NCBI GenBank assembly: GCA_038147495.1 | Contig: JAYQTT010000007.1 | Location: 9,192 to 73,191, forward strand | Source of the DNA: Alphaproteobacteria bacterium | GTDB lineage: Bacteria; Pseudomonadota; Alphaproteobacteria; Puniceispirillales; Puniceispirillaceae | DNA: 64,000 nucleotides | Direction: 5' to 3' | Shown here: positions 9,907 to 20,143 of the stretch, piece after piece | How positions within the stretch are numbered: the first letter of the stretch is position 1 | Layout of the letters: each line of letters starts with the position of its first letter | The notes under the pieces: model-generated | The model's input: only the letters and a program-made list of their open reading frames with translations | What the model was told of the DNA's origin: nothing | Databases searched by the model: none | Position numbers and translations under genes: made by a program

Positions 9907-11195
9907 CGGATTTGCTTTTCACCAATGCCCGCCTTCTCGACCCGTCACAGAATATAGATGCGCTGGGCTATCTCGCGGTTACGGACGGAAACATCAGCGC
10001 GATTGGGCGTGGCATCCCTGAAGGCACCGATGCAAAAGCCACTAAAACAATTGATTGCGCTGGACAAAGCCTTGCCCCCGGCATTGTTGACATGCGCGTG
10101 CAGACAGCCGATCCCGGCTCGGAACATCTTGAAGACTTGCCATCATTGTTGCGCGCCGCCGCCGCGGCTGGCGTGACAGGCTTTGCCTGCCTGCCAAACA
10201 CCCAGCCTGTTGTCGACAACGCGGCAATGATCGACTCACTGGCGCTTCGCGCGTCTCGCATCGGCGGGCCTCGCCTGCATGTCTATGGCGCGGCCACGCG
10301 CAATCTTGAGGGCACAGAAATGGCCGAAATCGGTATGATGGCCGAAGCCGGTGCCGTTGGGTTCACCAATGCAACTTCGAGCATCGATGACGCGTTGGTG
10401 ATGCGGCGTGTCATGGCCTATGCCAGCATGCTCGACAAGCCGATCATCCAGCATTGTGAGGAAGCCAGCCTGTCCCGTGACGGCGAGATGAATGAGAGCG
10501 AGACATCGACAAGACTTGGTTTGCTCGGCATTCCTGCAGCAGCCGAAGCGATAATTATCGACCGTGATATTCACCTGATGCGGCTCACTGGTGCGCGTTA
10601 TCATGTGGCGCATGTATCAACCCGTGCCGGTGTAACAGCCATTCGCCGAGCAAAGGCCGAGGGCCTGCCAATTACCGCCGATACTGCGCCACCCTATTTC
10701 TTGCTGAATGAGCTGGCGGTCAGCACCTACGACACCGCATTCAAGCTCTCGCCACCCCTGCGCTCGGAAGATGATCGGCAAGCCGTGATAGACGCGATTG
10801 CCGATGGCACAATTGACGCCATTGCCTCTGACCATGTGCCGGTTGATGGTGATGCCAAGACCCAACCTTTTGGCCCGGCGCAACCCGGCGCCTCCGGACT
10901 GGACACCTTATTGTCACTGACCCTGAGCCTTGTTCATCAGCAAAAGATCACGATGATGCGCGCCTTTGAGGCGTTAAGCCTCGCTCCGGCGGCGATCCTT
11001 GACGTTCCGGGCGGCACACTCGCACCCGGCGCCGCCGCGGATCTGGTGATCTTCAAGCCTGATGTCGGGCGGTTAATTCGCGGGGCCGATTTCACATCGC
11101 TGTCGCGCATCACCCCATTTGAAGGGCAGCCAGCCCAAGGCATGGTCACGGCAACTTATGTCAATGGCGTTTGCGTTCACGAACTGGCGGCATAA
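9903..11195 (+). CDS. Dihydroorotase-like protein, probably the non-catalytic PyrC' type
   Basis: 430 aa of the amidohydrolase (DHOase/allantoinase) family, translationally coupled to pyrB. The expected D-x-H-x-H metal motif reads [12 protein letters not shown]. Confidence 0.75.
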   Translation: MTDLLFTNARLLDPSQNIDALGYLAVTDGNISAIGRGIPEGTDAKATKTIDCAGQSLAPGIVDMRVQTADPGSEHLEDLPSLLRAAAAAGVTGFACLPNTQPVVDNAAMIDSLALRASRIGGPRLHVYGAATRNLEGTEMAEIGMMAEAGAVGFTNATSSIDDALVMRRVMAYASMLDKPIIQHCEEASLSRDGEMNESETSTRLGLLGIPAAAEAIIIDRDIHLMRLTGARYHVAHVSTRAGVTAIRRAKAEGLPITADTAPPYFLLNELAVSTYDTAFKLSPPLRSEDDRQAVIDAIADGTIDAIASDHVPVDGDAKTQPFGPAQPGASGLDTLLSLTLSLVHQQKITMMRAFEALSLAPAAILDVPGGTLAPGAAADLVIFKPDVGRLIRGADFTSLSRITPFEGQPAQGMVTATYVNGVCVHELAA

Positions 11196-11243
11196 GATAA
11201 CCGAATCGTCTCCGCGACAAGCTTCCCCTGGCAGGAAAAAATC

Positions 11244-11846
11244 ATGATGTCGTCTGCACCACTTACCTATGTTTTTGTTATCATAGCGGCCTATCTTCTT
11301 GGCTCGGTGCCGTTTGGCCTGATCCTGACGCGCCTCGCGGGTAAGGGCGACATCCGCAGCATCGGCAGTGGCAATATTGGCGCAACCAACGTCCTGCGGA
11401 CCGGCAGCAAGCCTCTCGCCGCATTAACCCTGCTCCTTGACGCTGGCAAGGGTGCGGCAATCACCCTTTTGGTCGCCGCCTATGCAGATACAACGGCGAT
11501 GGCATTGGCCGGTTGTACCGCCGTCATCGGACATTGTTTTCCGATCTGGCTGAAATTTCGTGGTGGCAAGGGCGTTGCCACAAGCCTTGCCGTCTTTGCC
11601 GCCTTTGACTGGCGACTTGGGCTTTTATTCTGCGGCATATGGCTGGGCACAGCCGCTGTTACCAAATATTCCTCACTGGCGGCGCTGCTCGCCACTCTTG
11701 GCTGTGCCATGGCCGGTTTCATTCTGCCAACATCCGCGCCGGTAGCGATCGCGACAGCCGGCCTTGCCGGACTTATCTGGGTCAGGCACCACCAAAATAT
11801 TGGTCGCTTGCTGAGCGGGCAGGAATCCCGGATCGGCGGTAAATAG
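11244..11846 (+). CDS. plsY: Glycerol-3-phosphate acyltransferase PlsY
   Basis: 200 aa, polytopic membrane protein, GSGNIGATNVLR motif. Confidence 0.9.
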   Translation: MMSSAPLTYVFVIIAAYLLGSVPFGLILTRLAGKGDIRSIGSGNIGATNVLRTGSKPLAALTLLLDAGKGAAITLLVAAYADTTAMALAGCTAVIGHCFPIWLKFRGGKGVATSLAVFAAFDWRLGLLFCGIWLGTAAVTKYSSLAALLATLGCAMAGFILPTSAPVAIATAGLAGLIWVRHHQNIGRLLSGQESRIGGK

Positions 11847-11931
11847 GCGTTTTCAATCCATGTCGTCCCAATCGGCAGAATAATTCTTTCGCATTAATCT
11901 TTTGTTTATTCCTTGTCTGTAGGATGCAGGC

Positions 11932-13029
11932 ATGGACAAAGCTGAAAAACTGGCCCGCCTTCGACTTATTCGCACACCGAATGTGGGGCCAATGACCTTT
12001 CGTCTGCTCATTCAACGCTATGGCACAGCCGTGGCGGCTTTGAGTGCAATTCCAGAACTTTCAAAGCGCGGCGGACGCAAGTTGCAACCAGCCAGCCTTG
12101 AGACAGCCCGGCGTGAGTGGGAAGCAAATGAGGCGGCTGGCGCCCGCCTGCTGTTTAGTGGCGGCGAGGACTATCCGCGAAGTCTCGACCGGTTTGACGA
12201 TGCGCCTACGGTGATTTCGGTCAAAGGCAACGCACATTTACTTACCAGACCCATCGTTGCCATGGTCGGCGCGCGAAATGCATCGATCAATGCCTTGCGA
12301 CACGCGGAAAAACTGGCAACAGAATTGTCTGATGAGGGCTATGTCGTAGCTTCAGGGCTTGCCCGTGGCATTGACACTGCTGCCCATAATGGCGCGCTTG
12401 CCGGAGGTACGATTGCAGTTATTGCCGGTGGCATTGATGATTATTACCCGCCTGAAAACATCGAATTGCAGGAATCCATCGAACAGACCGGCCTTGTCAT
12501 CGCCGAAATGCCCCCGGGCACAAAACCCACCCCGCGCCATTTTCCCATCCGCAACCGGGTGATCGCAAGCCTCGCTCTTGGCGTTGTAGTGGTTGAGGCG
12601 GCGGCACGATCCGGCTCTTTGATTACCGCGCGCGAAGCCGCCGAACGCGGTGGCGAGGTGATGGCCGTCCCCGGCTCGCCGCTGGACCCGCGTGCAGAAG
12701 GATGCAACACGCTGATCCGCGAAGGCGCAACCCTCGTCCAGAACACAAGCGAGATTGTCGAATGCCTGTCGCGGCCGGTCTCTGCCGGTTTGCCGGAGCA
12801 CGATGACCGGCCGAACCCGATACACCGACCCGGGCCGGAATCCGTCATCGCTGAATGTCGGACGGTCATTCTTCAGGGACTTGGAACCGAGCCAACCGAG
12901 ATTGACGATCTGGTGCGCTGGTGCAAGACAGATACGGCCACAGTGCTGGCAGCACTCCTCGAACTTGAACTGGCCGGCGCTGTTTACAGGCACCATGGAA
13001 ACAGGGTGTCACGGCGCGCCGATTTGTAA
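11932..13029 (+). CDS. dprA: DNA-processing protein DprA (Smf)
   Basis: 365 aa with GLARGIDTAAH and SGSLITAREA motifs. It shows the conserved dprA-topA adjacency. Confidence 0.88.
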   Translation: MDKAEKLARLRLIRTPNVGPMTFRLLIQRYGTAVAALSAIPELSKRGGRKLQPASLETARREWEANEAAGARLLFSGGEDYPRSLDRFDDAPTVISVKGNAHLLTRPIVAMVGARNASINALRHAEKLATELSDEGYVVASGLARGIDTAAHNGALAGGTIAVIAGGIDDYYPPENIELQESIEQTGLVIAEMPPGTKPTPRHFPIRNRVIASLALGVVVVEAAARSGSLITAREAAERGGEVMAVPGSPLDPRAEGCNTLIREGATLVQNTSEIVECLSRPVSAGLPEHDDRPNPIHRPGPESVIAECRTVILQGLGTEPTEIDDLVRWCKTDTATVLAALLELELAGAVYRHHGNRVSRRADL

Positions 13030-13105
13030 TTTTTTCAACGAGAGTTTTGACAAATTTGACTTTCCGTACTATCGCATGGCTTAGATCTGTCATTCGAGGC
13101 CGTGC

Positions 13106-15733
13106 ATGAAACTCGTCATTGTTGAATCTCCAGCCAAAGCCAAAACCATCAATCGCTACCTCGGCGATGATTATAAAGTGCTGGCGTCATACGGTCATGT
13201 CTGCGACCTGCCGAGCAAGGATGGATCGGTGTCACCGGATGATGATTTCGCCATGAAATGGCAGGTTTCAAGCGGATCTGAAAAGCATCTGAAAGAGATC
13301 ACAACAGCGCTTCGCAAGGCCGACAAGCTTATTCTTGCAACCGACCCGGACCGCGAGGGCGAGGCCATCAGTTGGCATGTGCTTGAGCATCTGAAGGAAA
13401 AAAAGCTTGTCGATGGCATGCCAGTTGAGCGCGTTGTTTTCAACGAAGTCACCAAAAATGCCATTTTGCAGGCAATGGAAAAGCCGCGTGAACTCGATGA
13501 CGAGTTGATTGATGCCTATCGTGCGCGGCGGGCGCTTGATTATCTGGTGGGTTTCTCTCTGTCACCGGTTTTGTGGCGCAAATTGCCCGGATCACGCTCT
13601 GCCGGACGCGTACAATCTGTGGCGCTCCGCCTGATATGTGAGCGAGAGGCCGAAATTGAAGCCTTCACATCTGAGGAATATTGGTCGATCCACGCTGAAC
13701 TTGGCAAGGCGGATGGCCGGAACTTTACCGCACGTCTTACCCATCTTGGTTCCGAAAAGCTTGGCAAGCTCGACATCACCAACGAAGCAGATGCACAGGA
13801 TGCGGTGCGCAAGATTGAGTCGAAGGCGCTGTTCGTCAAGAACATCGAAACCAAGCGCATCAAGCGTAATCCCTCACCGCCATTCACCACATCGACCCTG
13901 CAACAAGAGGCGTCGCGCAAGCTTGGCTTTTCTGCCAGCAGAACAATGCAAATTGCCCAGCGTCTTTACGAAGGCATCAATATTGGCAGTGAGACGACCG
14001 GTCTCATCACCTATATGCGAACGGATGGCGTTCAACTTGGCAACGATGCCATCGCCGCATTGAGAAGCGATATCAGCACCCGTTACGGAAATCGTTACGT
14101 TCCAGAAAAACCACGTGTTTACAAAACGAAGGCGGCAAATGCTCAGGAAGCACATGAAGCCATTCGACCAACCGACATCAGCCGTTCACCGGACCGCATG
14201 CAGGCTTATCTTGATCATGATCAGGCCCGCCTCTACGAGTTAATCTGGAAACGCACCATTGCCAGCCAGATGCAGTCTGCCGAACTTGATCAGACAGGTG
14301 TTGACATCGGTGACAATGATGCAGAGGTCACGCTGCGGGCCAGTGGGCAGGTGATCGTTTTTGACGGCTTTTTGTCGGTCTACCGCGAGAGCCAAGATGC
14401 TGTCGATGACCGGACAAGCGCTCAGGAGAGTGATGACAATGGTGATAAAGACACCGCGCTTTTGCCTGAAATGTCTGTTTCCGAGGCTCTGGCCACACGC
14501 AGCGTCAAACCCGAACAGCACTTCACCCAGCCTCCACCGCGCTTTACCGATGCCAGCCTGGTCAAAAGACTTGAAGAACTCGGCATCGGGCGGCCATCAA
14601 CTTATGCGTCAATCCTGCAGGTGTTGCAGACGCGCAATTACGTGATCAAGGATCGTAGCAGATACATCCCCGAGGATCGCGGTAGGCTGGTCTCGACCTT
14701 TCTCGCGAATTTCTTTGACCGCTATGTTGAATATGACTTTACCGCAAAGCTCGAAAATCAGCTCGACCTTGTGTCTGCTGGCAAGCTTGATTGGAAAAAG
14801 CTGCTCGCCGAATTCTGGCGTGACTTTAAAGGCGCGATCGATGGCACCAAAGAGCTGACCATCACCAACGTCCTTGATGTGCTTGACGAGGAGCTTGGTC
14901 CGCATTTCTTCAAAACAGGTGATGACGGGCAACTGGTTCGCACCTGTCCGAATTGTGACGGCGGTCGGCTGGGTCTCAAGCTTGGCAAATTTGGTGCGTT
15001 TGTTGGCTGTTCCAACTATCCCGAATGCAAATTCACCCGCCAATTGACGGCAAATGATGATGCTGCCAATGAAGATGCTCTGGTCAGTGACCGTAACCTT
15101 GGTGACGATCCCAAGACCGGCCTTCCGATATATCTTCGGCGCGGCCCATATGGCCATTATGTGCAGATTGGTGACCCGGAAACCAAAAAGCCGAAACGTG
15201 CCTCACTGCCCAAGGGAACATCAGCGGCCAGCGTTGATCTGGAGCGGGCGATAGAACTTTTATCCCTGCCCCGCGATGTCGGCCCACACCCCGAAACCGG
15301 CGACATGATTCAGGCAGGTCTCGGGCGTTTCGGCCCCTATCTCAAATATCAAGGCAGCTTCTCCAGCTTGCCTGCCGATGATGATTTGTTCACCGTTGGC
15401 CTGAACCGGGCGGTTGATCTGCTTGCCGAGGCGGCAAAGAAAAAAGGCCGCGTTTTGGGTGAACACCCCTCCGGCGGTGATGTGCATGTCAAGGCAGGAC
15501 GCTTCGGCCCCTATGTCGAGCACAATAAATTACGTGCCACCCTGCCCCGTGGAACGGAAATCAGCGAGATAACGCTCGAGGAGGCAATACCTCTACTGGC
15601 GGCGAAGGCGGCAAAAGGACCAACCGCCAAAAAGAGCGCCAAGAAAGCGACCAAGAAAGCCGCCAAGAAAGCTGCGAAAAAGGCAGCACCAAAGAAGGCT
15701 GCAAAGAAAAGCGCAGCCAAGAAAGCCAGCTAG
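13106..15733 (+). CDS. topA: DNA topoisomerase I with a Lys/Ala-rich C-terminal tail
   Basis: 875 aa. Toprim N-terminus MKLVIVESPAKAKTI, catalytic-Tyr region GLITYMRTDG, one intact zinc ribbon CPNCDGG..CSNYPEC, and a KKSAKKATKKAAKKAAKKAAPKKAAKKSAAKKAS tail. Confidence 0.95.
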   Translation: MKLVIVESPAKAKTINRYLGDDYKVLASYGHVCDLPSKDGSVSPDDDFAMKWQVSSGSEKHLKEITTALRKADKLILATDPDREGEAISWHVLEHLKEKKLVDGMPVERVVFNEVTKNAILQAMEKPRELDDELIDAYRARRALDYLVGFSLSPVLWRKLPGSRSAGRVQSVALRLICEREAEIEAFTSEEYWSIHAELGKADGRNFTARLTHLGSEKLGKLDITNEADAQDAVRKIESKALFVKNIETKRIKRNPSPPFTTSTLQQEASRKLGFSASRTMQIAQRLYEGINIGSETTGLITYMRTDGVQLGNDAIAALRSDISTRYGNRYVPEKPRVYKTKAANAQEAHEAIRPTDISRSPDRMQAYLDHDQARLYELIWKRTIASQMQSAELDQTGVDIGDNDAEVTLRASGQVIVFDGFLSVYRESQDAVDDRTSAQESDDNGDKDTALLPEMSVSEALATRSVKPEQHFTQPPPRFTDASLVKRLEELGIGRPSTYASILQVLQTRNYVIKDRSRYIPEDRGRLVSTFLANFFDRYVEYDFTAKLENQLDLVSAGKLDWKKLLAEFWRDFKGAIDGTKELTITNVLDVLDEELGPHFFKTGDDGQLVRTCPNCDGGRLGLKLGKFGAFVGCSNYPECKFTRQLTANDDAANEDALVSDRNLGDDPKTGLPIYLRRGPYGHYVQIGDPETKKPKRASLPKGTSAASVDLERAIELLSLPRDVGPHPETGDMIQAGLGRFGPYLKYQGSFSSLPADDDLFTVGLNRAVDLLAEAAKKKGRVLGEHPSGGDVHVKAGRFGPYVEHNKLRATLPRGTEISEITLEEAIPLLAAKAAKGPTAKKSAKKATKKAAKKAAKKAAPKKAAKKSAAKKAS

Positions 15734-18018
15734 TGAGCCGCAAAGAGACAACAGACATCACCCTGCCCGATGCGGCAACGCTCCTAGACTATATCAACAG
15801 TTGTCCGTCACCACCAACGCCGCGGGATATCGCGCGGGCTTTCAATCTGCCACAGGAGATGCGCGCGCCGCTTCGCCGCCGCCTCCGTGAGATGGCAGAA
15901 TCAGGGCAGATTGCCCGCCGCGAAGGGCGCCGTCTTGCCTCTGCCACCGATTTGCCCGAAGTCACAGTGCTTGAACTGGTGTCTTTTGACGACAATGGCG
16001 ATGGGTTGGCCCGCGCCACCACGCCGATTGATGGTGACGCTCCGGAAATCAGGGTTATTCTCAGCCGCAAGGCTGGCCGTGCGCCCGCTATCGGCCAGAA
16101 TATTCTGGCCCGCCTTGCCCGCACTGGTCCTGCCCATTACGAGGCACGCATTATCCGTGTTCTGGACCGCCAGCAACAACGCCTCTTCGCCATTGCCGAG
16201 AAGCAGGGCAAACAAATGGTGCTGACACCGGTAGAGAGAGGCAAACGCCATAGCGTCAATTTACAATCATCTGCCGACATGCCAGTCCAGGCCGGTGATC
16301 TGGTTGAGGCGGAAATGGTGTCCGCCCGTGGCTATCTTGGCAAAACCGCCCGTGTGATCCGCAACCTCGGCCCCTCTGATCAGAAAGGCGCTTTCAGCAC
16401 TCTGGCACTGGCAGAATTCGGCATTCGAAATCTGTTTCCTGAAGATGCACTCGCCGAAGCAGATGGACTGAAAGTTCCACCTAAAAAAGGCCGGGAAGAT
16501 TTGCGTCAGACAGCATTGGTGACGATTGACGGTGCCGATGCCCGCGATTTCGATGACGCTGTCTTTGCCGAGCCAACAGATGACGGCGGTTGGCGGCTAT
16601 TGGTGGCAATCGCCGATGTCGCCCATTATGTTCGCCCCGGGTCGGCGTTGGACAAAGAGGCATGTCGGAGAGGCAACTCGGTCTATCTTCCCGACCTTGT
16701 TGTGCCAATGCTGCCAGAGGCCATATCAAACGATCTGTGTTCGTTGCGCCCACATGAAGATCGCGCCTCCATGGTCGCCGAGTTACATATCGATGACAAC
16801 GGCAAGCGCCTCGACTTTCGGATATTTCGCGCCTTGATCTGTTCGCATGCCCGTTTGACCTATGATCAGGTTCAATCCGTCTATGAAGGAACGCATGACG
16901 AGGCTGACGTTGGCGTTCCGCATGGTGTGCTGCACAACCTCTTTGGCGCGTGGCGCGCCTTGTCGAGGGCGCGTCAGGAACGTGAACCGCTGGAATTGTC
17001 GCTCAAGGAGCGGCGTGTCGAAATGGATGATGATGGCAACGCCATCGCCATTTCCCAACGCAGCCAGAGCGAATCACAAAGACTGATCGAAGATTTCATG
17101 ATTGCCGCCAATGTCGCCGCCGCAGACCGTTTGATCGCCGCACGACAGCCTTGCGTGTTCCGCATTCATGACCAACCCGACCCGAAAAAAGCCGACAGCC
17201 TTTATGATCTGGCAAGGACGCTCGATGCCCCTTTCGCACGTGGTCAGGTTCTGCGTCCGCATCTGTTCAACCGACTTTTGGCCCATGTCAAAGGCAGTGC
17301 TGACGAAACCATGGTCAATGAAGCGGTTTTGCGGAGTCAGGCAAAGGCCGTATACAGCATCGACAATATTGGCCATTTTGGCCTGTCTTTGCGTAATTAC
17401 GCGCATTTCACCTCACCGATCAGGCGTTATTCAGATTTGCTGGTGCATCGCGCGCTGATTGATGCGAATACGCCTGAAAAAGCGCCTCGTGACGGGCTTG
17501 CTGGCATGCCTGCCGACCAACTTGCCGAGATTTGCACGCATATCTCGGAAACCGAGGCCAATGCCGCCGCCGCAGAACGCCGCACCATTGATCGCTTTGC
17601 CGCCGCACTGTTTGCTTCGCGCTTGCATGACGTTGTTGATGGTATCATTGTCAGCATCACCGGCTTTGGTGCTTTTGTGCGCCTTGATGATGGGGCTGCC
17701 GATGGATTTTTGCCACTTTCCGGCCTGCCCGATGACTATTACGACCATGATGCCAACAGCCAGAGCCTGACTGGCCGCCATGGCGGCTGGGTTTTTGCCG
17801 CTGGACATGTTCTCAAAGTCAAGATTGAGGAAGTAAAACCGGTTTCCGGTGGCATTCTGCTGAGCTGGGTCGAGGGCGGCACAATCGATGACCGCACATC
17901 CCGAAAAACACGCCGAGGCGCCGGACAGCGCCAGAAACGCGCGAGTGGCGCCCCACAAAAGACGCGAAGCGCAGGCAGCAAAGCAGGAAAGAGCAAAGGC
18001 AAACGAAAAAGGCGTTGA
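15733..18018 (+). CDS. rnr: Ribonuclease R
   Basis: 761 aa with an RNB domain (IDGADARDFDDAV), a C-terminal S1 domain and a basic tail. The GTG start overlaps the topA stop by 1 nt. Confidence 0.9.
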   Translation: MSRKETTDITLPDAATLLDYINSCPSPPTPRDIARAFNLPQEMRAPLRRRLREMAESGQIARREGRRLASATDLPEVTVLELVSFDDNGDGLARATTPIDGDAPEIRVILSRKAGRAPAIGQNILARLARTGPAHYEARIIRVLDRQQQRLFAIAEKQGKQMVLTPVERGKRHSVNLQSSADMPVQAGDLVEAEMVSARGYLGKTARVIRNLGPSDQKGAFSTLALAEFGIRNLFPEDALAEADGLKVPPKKGREDLRQTALVTIDGADARDFDDAVFAEPTDDGGWRLLVAIADVAHYVRPGSALDKEACRRGNSVYLPDLVVPMLPEAISNDLCSLRPHEDRASMVAELHIDDNGKRLDFRIFRALICSHARLTYDQVQSVYEGTHDEADVGVPHGVLHNLFGAWRALSRARQEREPLELSLKERRVEMDDDGNAIAISQRSQSESQRLIEDFMIAANVAAADRLIAARQPCVFRIHDQPDPKKADSLYDLARTLDAPFARGQVLRPHLFNRLLAHVKGSADETMVNEAVLRSQAKAVYSIDNIGHFGLSLRNYAHFTSPIRRYSDLLVHRALIDANTPEKAPRDGLAGMPADQLAEICTHISETEANAAAAERRTIDRFAAALFASRLHDVVDGIIVSITGFGAFVRLDDGAADGFLPLSGLPDDYYDHDANSQSLTGRHGGWVFAAGHVLKVKIEEVKPVSGGILLSWVEGGTIDDRTSRKTRRGAGQRQKRASGAPQKTRSAGSKAGKSKGKRKRR

Positions 18019-18134
18019 TCACGACTTGACAAAGATCGCGCAATCGCGCAGTTTGCCGCGAGTTTCGATATTCCGGGTTCTGATGCCACCCTTTAAGGCG
18101 GCAGGCACCCATAACCCTGTTAGGAGCAAAAGCG

Positions 18135-18302
18135 ATGGCAAAGCCAGCTACCCTGCAGATCCGGCTCGTCAGCACTGCTGACACGGGCTATTTCTATGTG
18201 ACCAAGAAAAATCCGCGCACCAAGCCGGAAAAGCTTGAGCTGAAGAAATATGATCCTCGCGCGCGCAAACATGTGGTGTTTCGCGAAGCCAAAATCAAAT
18301 AA
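18135..18302 (+). CDS. rpmG: 50S ribosomal protein L33
   Basis: 55 aa, [55 protein letters not shown]. Below the ORF-track length cutoff. An aggag RBS lies upstream. Confidence 0.9.
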   Translation: MAKPATLQIRLVSTADTGYFYVTKKNPRTKPEKLELKKYDPRARKHVVFREAKIK

Positions 18303-18323
18303 ATATCTGTGACAACCAGTTCG

Positions 18324-19211
18324 ATGCTGGGCCTGTCCATTGATAACGATCTGATACACGCCGCCATTGTAAAAGATGGCGGCGCTGCTGTTTCCAGCGT
18401 AACCGCCGCGACCCCTGATGACAGCTATCGTGCATGTCTCCAGACAATTGCCAGTCTTGTTGGTCAGCATGTTGGCAACAACACGATAAAAGGTTCGGTT
18501 GGCGTTGCCATTCCCGCGGTTATCCGTGAGCAAGGACCGACAAATTCTGCCCTTCCCTACCTCAACGGCAAAAACCTGCAACAAGACCTGCAGGCGGCTC
18601 TGGGCTGTCCCATCCGGCTATATAGCTATGGCACCTGCTTCACCTATTACGAAGCTGTCCACGGCGCTGTTGTGGGCGCAAACAGCCTTTTCGGCATGCA
18701 TATCGATACGCATTGCACCGGAGGTCTTGTCGTCAATGGCGTGTGCATGGATGGCAACAACGGCATAGCGGGCAATTGGGCGCATCTGCCGCTTCCGGCG
18801 CCAGTTCCCTATGAAACGGATGGTCAGACATGCTGGTGTGGCCGCACCGGCTGCATGGAAAGCTTTGTCTCGGCGGCAAGCCTCGAAAAGGATTACGTCA
18901 ATATCACCGGCAACCACATAGCAATCGATGCAATCGCCGCGGCCGCAAAGGACAGTGATATTGTTGCCGAGAATGTTTTGCAGGTTCTCGAAGACCGACT
19001 TGGCCGGGCAACTGCGGCGATCATCACCCTGCTTGATCCGGACGTCATTATTATCGGCGGCAGGATTGGCCAGATGGAAAGGCTCATCAGCAATGTGCCG
19101 CGCAAATGGCCCGGCTATGTAACCGTGCAGCGCCCTAAAACACAGCTTTTTCTGGCAAAAACAGGGCCACATGCCGCCGCCGCTGGTGCGGCTATGCTTG
19201 CCTCTGGGTGA
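18324..19211 (+). CDS. ROK-family protein homologous to N-acetylglucosamine kinase NagK, with degenerate kinase motifs
   Basis: The zinc motif GNWAH...CWCGRTGCME is present. The phosphate-1 motif reads SIDNDL instead of DIGGT, and the DNDAN-equivalent reads YSYGT. The start was chosen at the ATG 15 nt inside the track ORF. Confidence 0.7.
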   Translation: MLGLSIDNDLIHAAIVKDGGAAVSSVTAATPDDSYRACLQTIASLVGQHVGNNTIKGSVGVAIPAVIREQGPTNSALPYLNGKNLQQDLQAALGCPIRLYSYGTCFTYYEAVHGAVVGANSLFGMHIDTHCTGGLVVNGVCMDGNNGIAGNWAHLPLPAPVPYETDGQTCWCGRTGCMESFVSAASLEKDYVNITGNHIAIDAIAAAAKDSDIVAENVLQVLEDRLGRATAAIITLLDPDVIIIGGRIGQMERLISNVPRKWPGYVTVQRPKTQLFLAKTGPHAAAAGAAMLASG

Positions 19212-19217
19212 GATAGC

Positions 19218-20024
19218 CTATTTGCAAACCGGGTCATCAACGCCGTCAATGCGGGTCAATTCGGCAGCAATGCTAAAGTCTCCATAATCAATGACATATT
19301 GGCGAACAACACCGTTCGGCTGCACGCGGAAGCTTATTTCATATTCCGGCTCTCCATTCGTTGCCGACTGTTTGAAATAGGCTATCTGCACTGGCCAATA
19401 TCCGTTGGCAGACAGATCGCCAAAATCGATGTCTGACGATTGTTCCTGCCAGTTTCCAACAACCGTATTTGTTTTCATCATGGCATCGTCATAATCGCCA
19501 CCAAAAAAAACAGTGGCGGCAAGAATGGGCTTTCCTTGATCAGCCGCAGATAAAACAGCTTCCATGTGTCTCATCGGGAAATAAACGTCTTTTGGCAGAT
19601 CAAGAGACTGGCCGGCGCCATTCGAAAATACCGCCTGCGCATCAGGCTCCAAACTCGCAAAGCCACCATAGTCCTTGCGGCCCTCAAAGGTGCTCTCTTC
19701 GTTGACGTCAAAGCTGAACTTGTCGCCGCTTTTGGCCTCCCACGATTCAAAATGCGACAGGATCCGCTCACTGCCACCATTCTCGCTCACAAACTCAATC
19801 ACGTAATCTTCAACTGAAATCCAGCCTTCACAATCACGTTCAACAGTGACGGCCGATCTGCCGAGAATATTGACGATGTTCGATTTCTGCTCGCGATCAT
19901 CAAGGCTCATTTCATAAAAAGCCTTGTGACTTGCAATCCCCCCGGCTTGTGCACCACTTGCCATGAAAACAAGGCTTGCCGCCATCAGACTGACTTTGAA
20001 ACATTTACGCATTATCATTTTCAT
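19218..20024 (-). CDS. Periplasmic DUF1849 / EipB-like envelope protein (family assigned from memory)
   Basis: 268 aa with a signal peptide ending AQA. It has H-x-A-x-Y-E-M-S-L near the mature N-terminus, a Cys in ERDCEGW and a C-terminal DPVCK, the Cys pair described for Brucella EipB. Confidence 0.5.
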   Translation of the reverse strand: MKMIMRKCFKVSLMAASLVFMASGAQAGGIASHKAFYEMSLDDREQKSNIVNILGRSAVTVERDCEGWISVEDYVIEFVSENGGSERILSHFESWEAKSGDKFSFDVNEESTFEGRKDYGGFASLEPDAQAVFSNGAGQSLDLPKDVYFPMRHMEAVLSAADQGKPILAATVFFGGDYDDAMMKTNTVVGNWQEQSSDIDFGDLSANGYWPVQIAYFKQSATNGEPEYEISFRVQPNGVVRQYVIDYGDFSIAAELTRIDGVDDPVCK

Positions 20025-20143
20025 CCCATCGAGTATGAAACCGAAATAGTGGTCAAAACAAGCATTTCAATAGGTTTGCCTTCACCAATCGTCAAAATTG
20101 CTCTATACCTCCGGACATCATCGAAAGGTCGTAAAAGGTACCC

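Noticed and set aside
15640-15730. Tandem ~12-nt DNA repeat
   Set aside because: It is the coding sequence of the TopA Lys/Ala tail, not an independent repeat element or CRISPR-like array.
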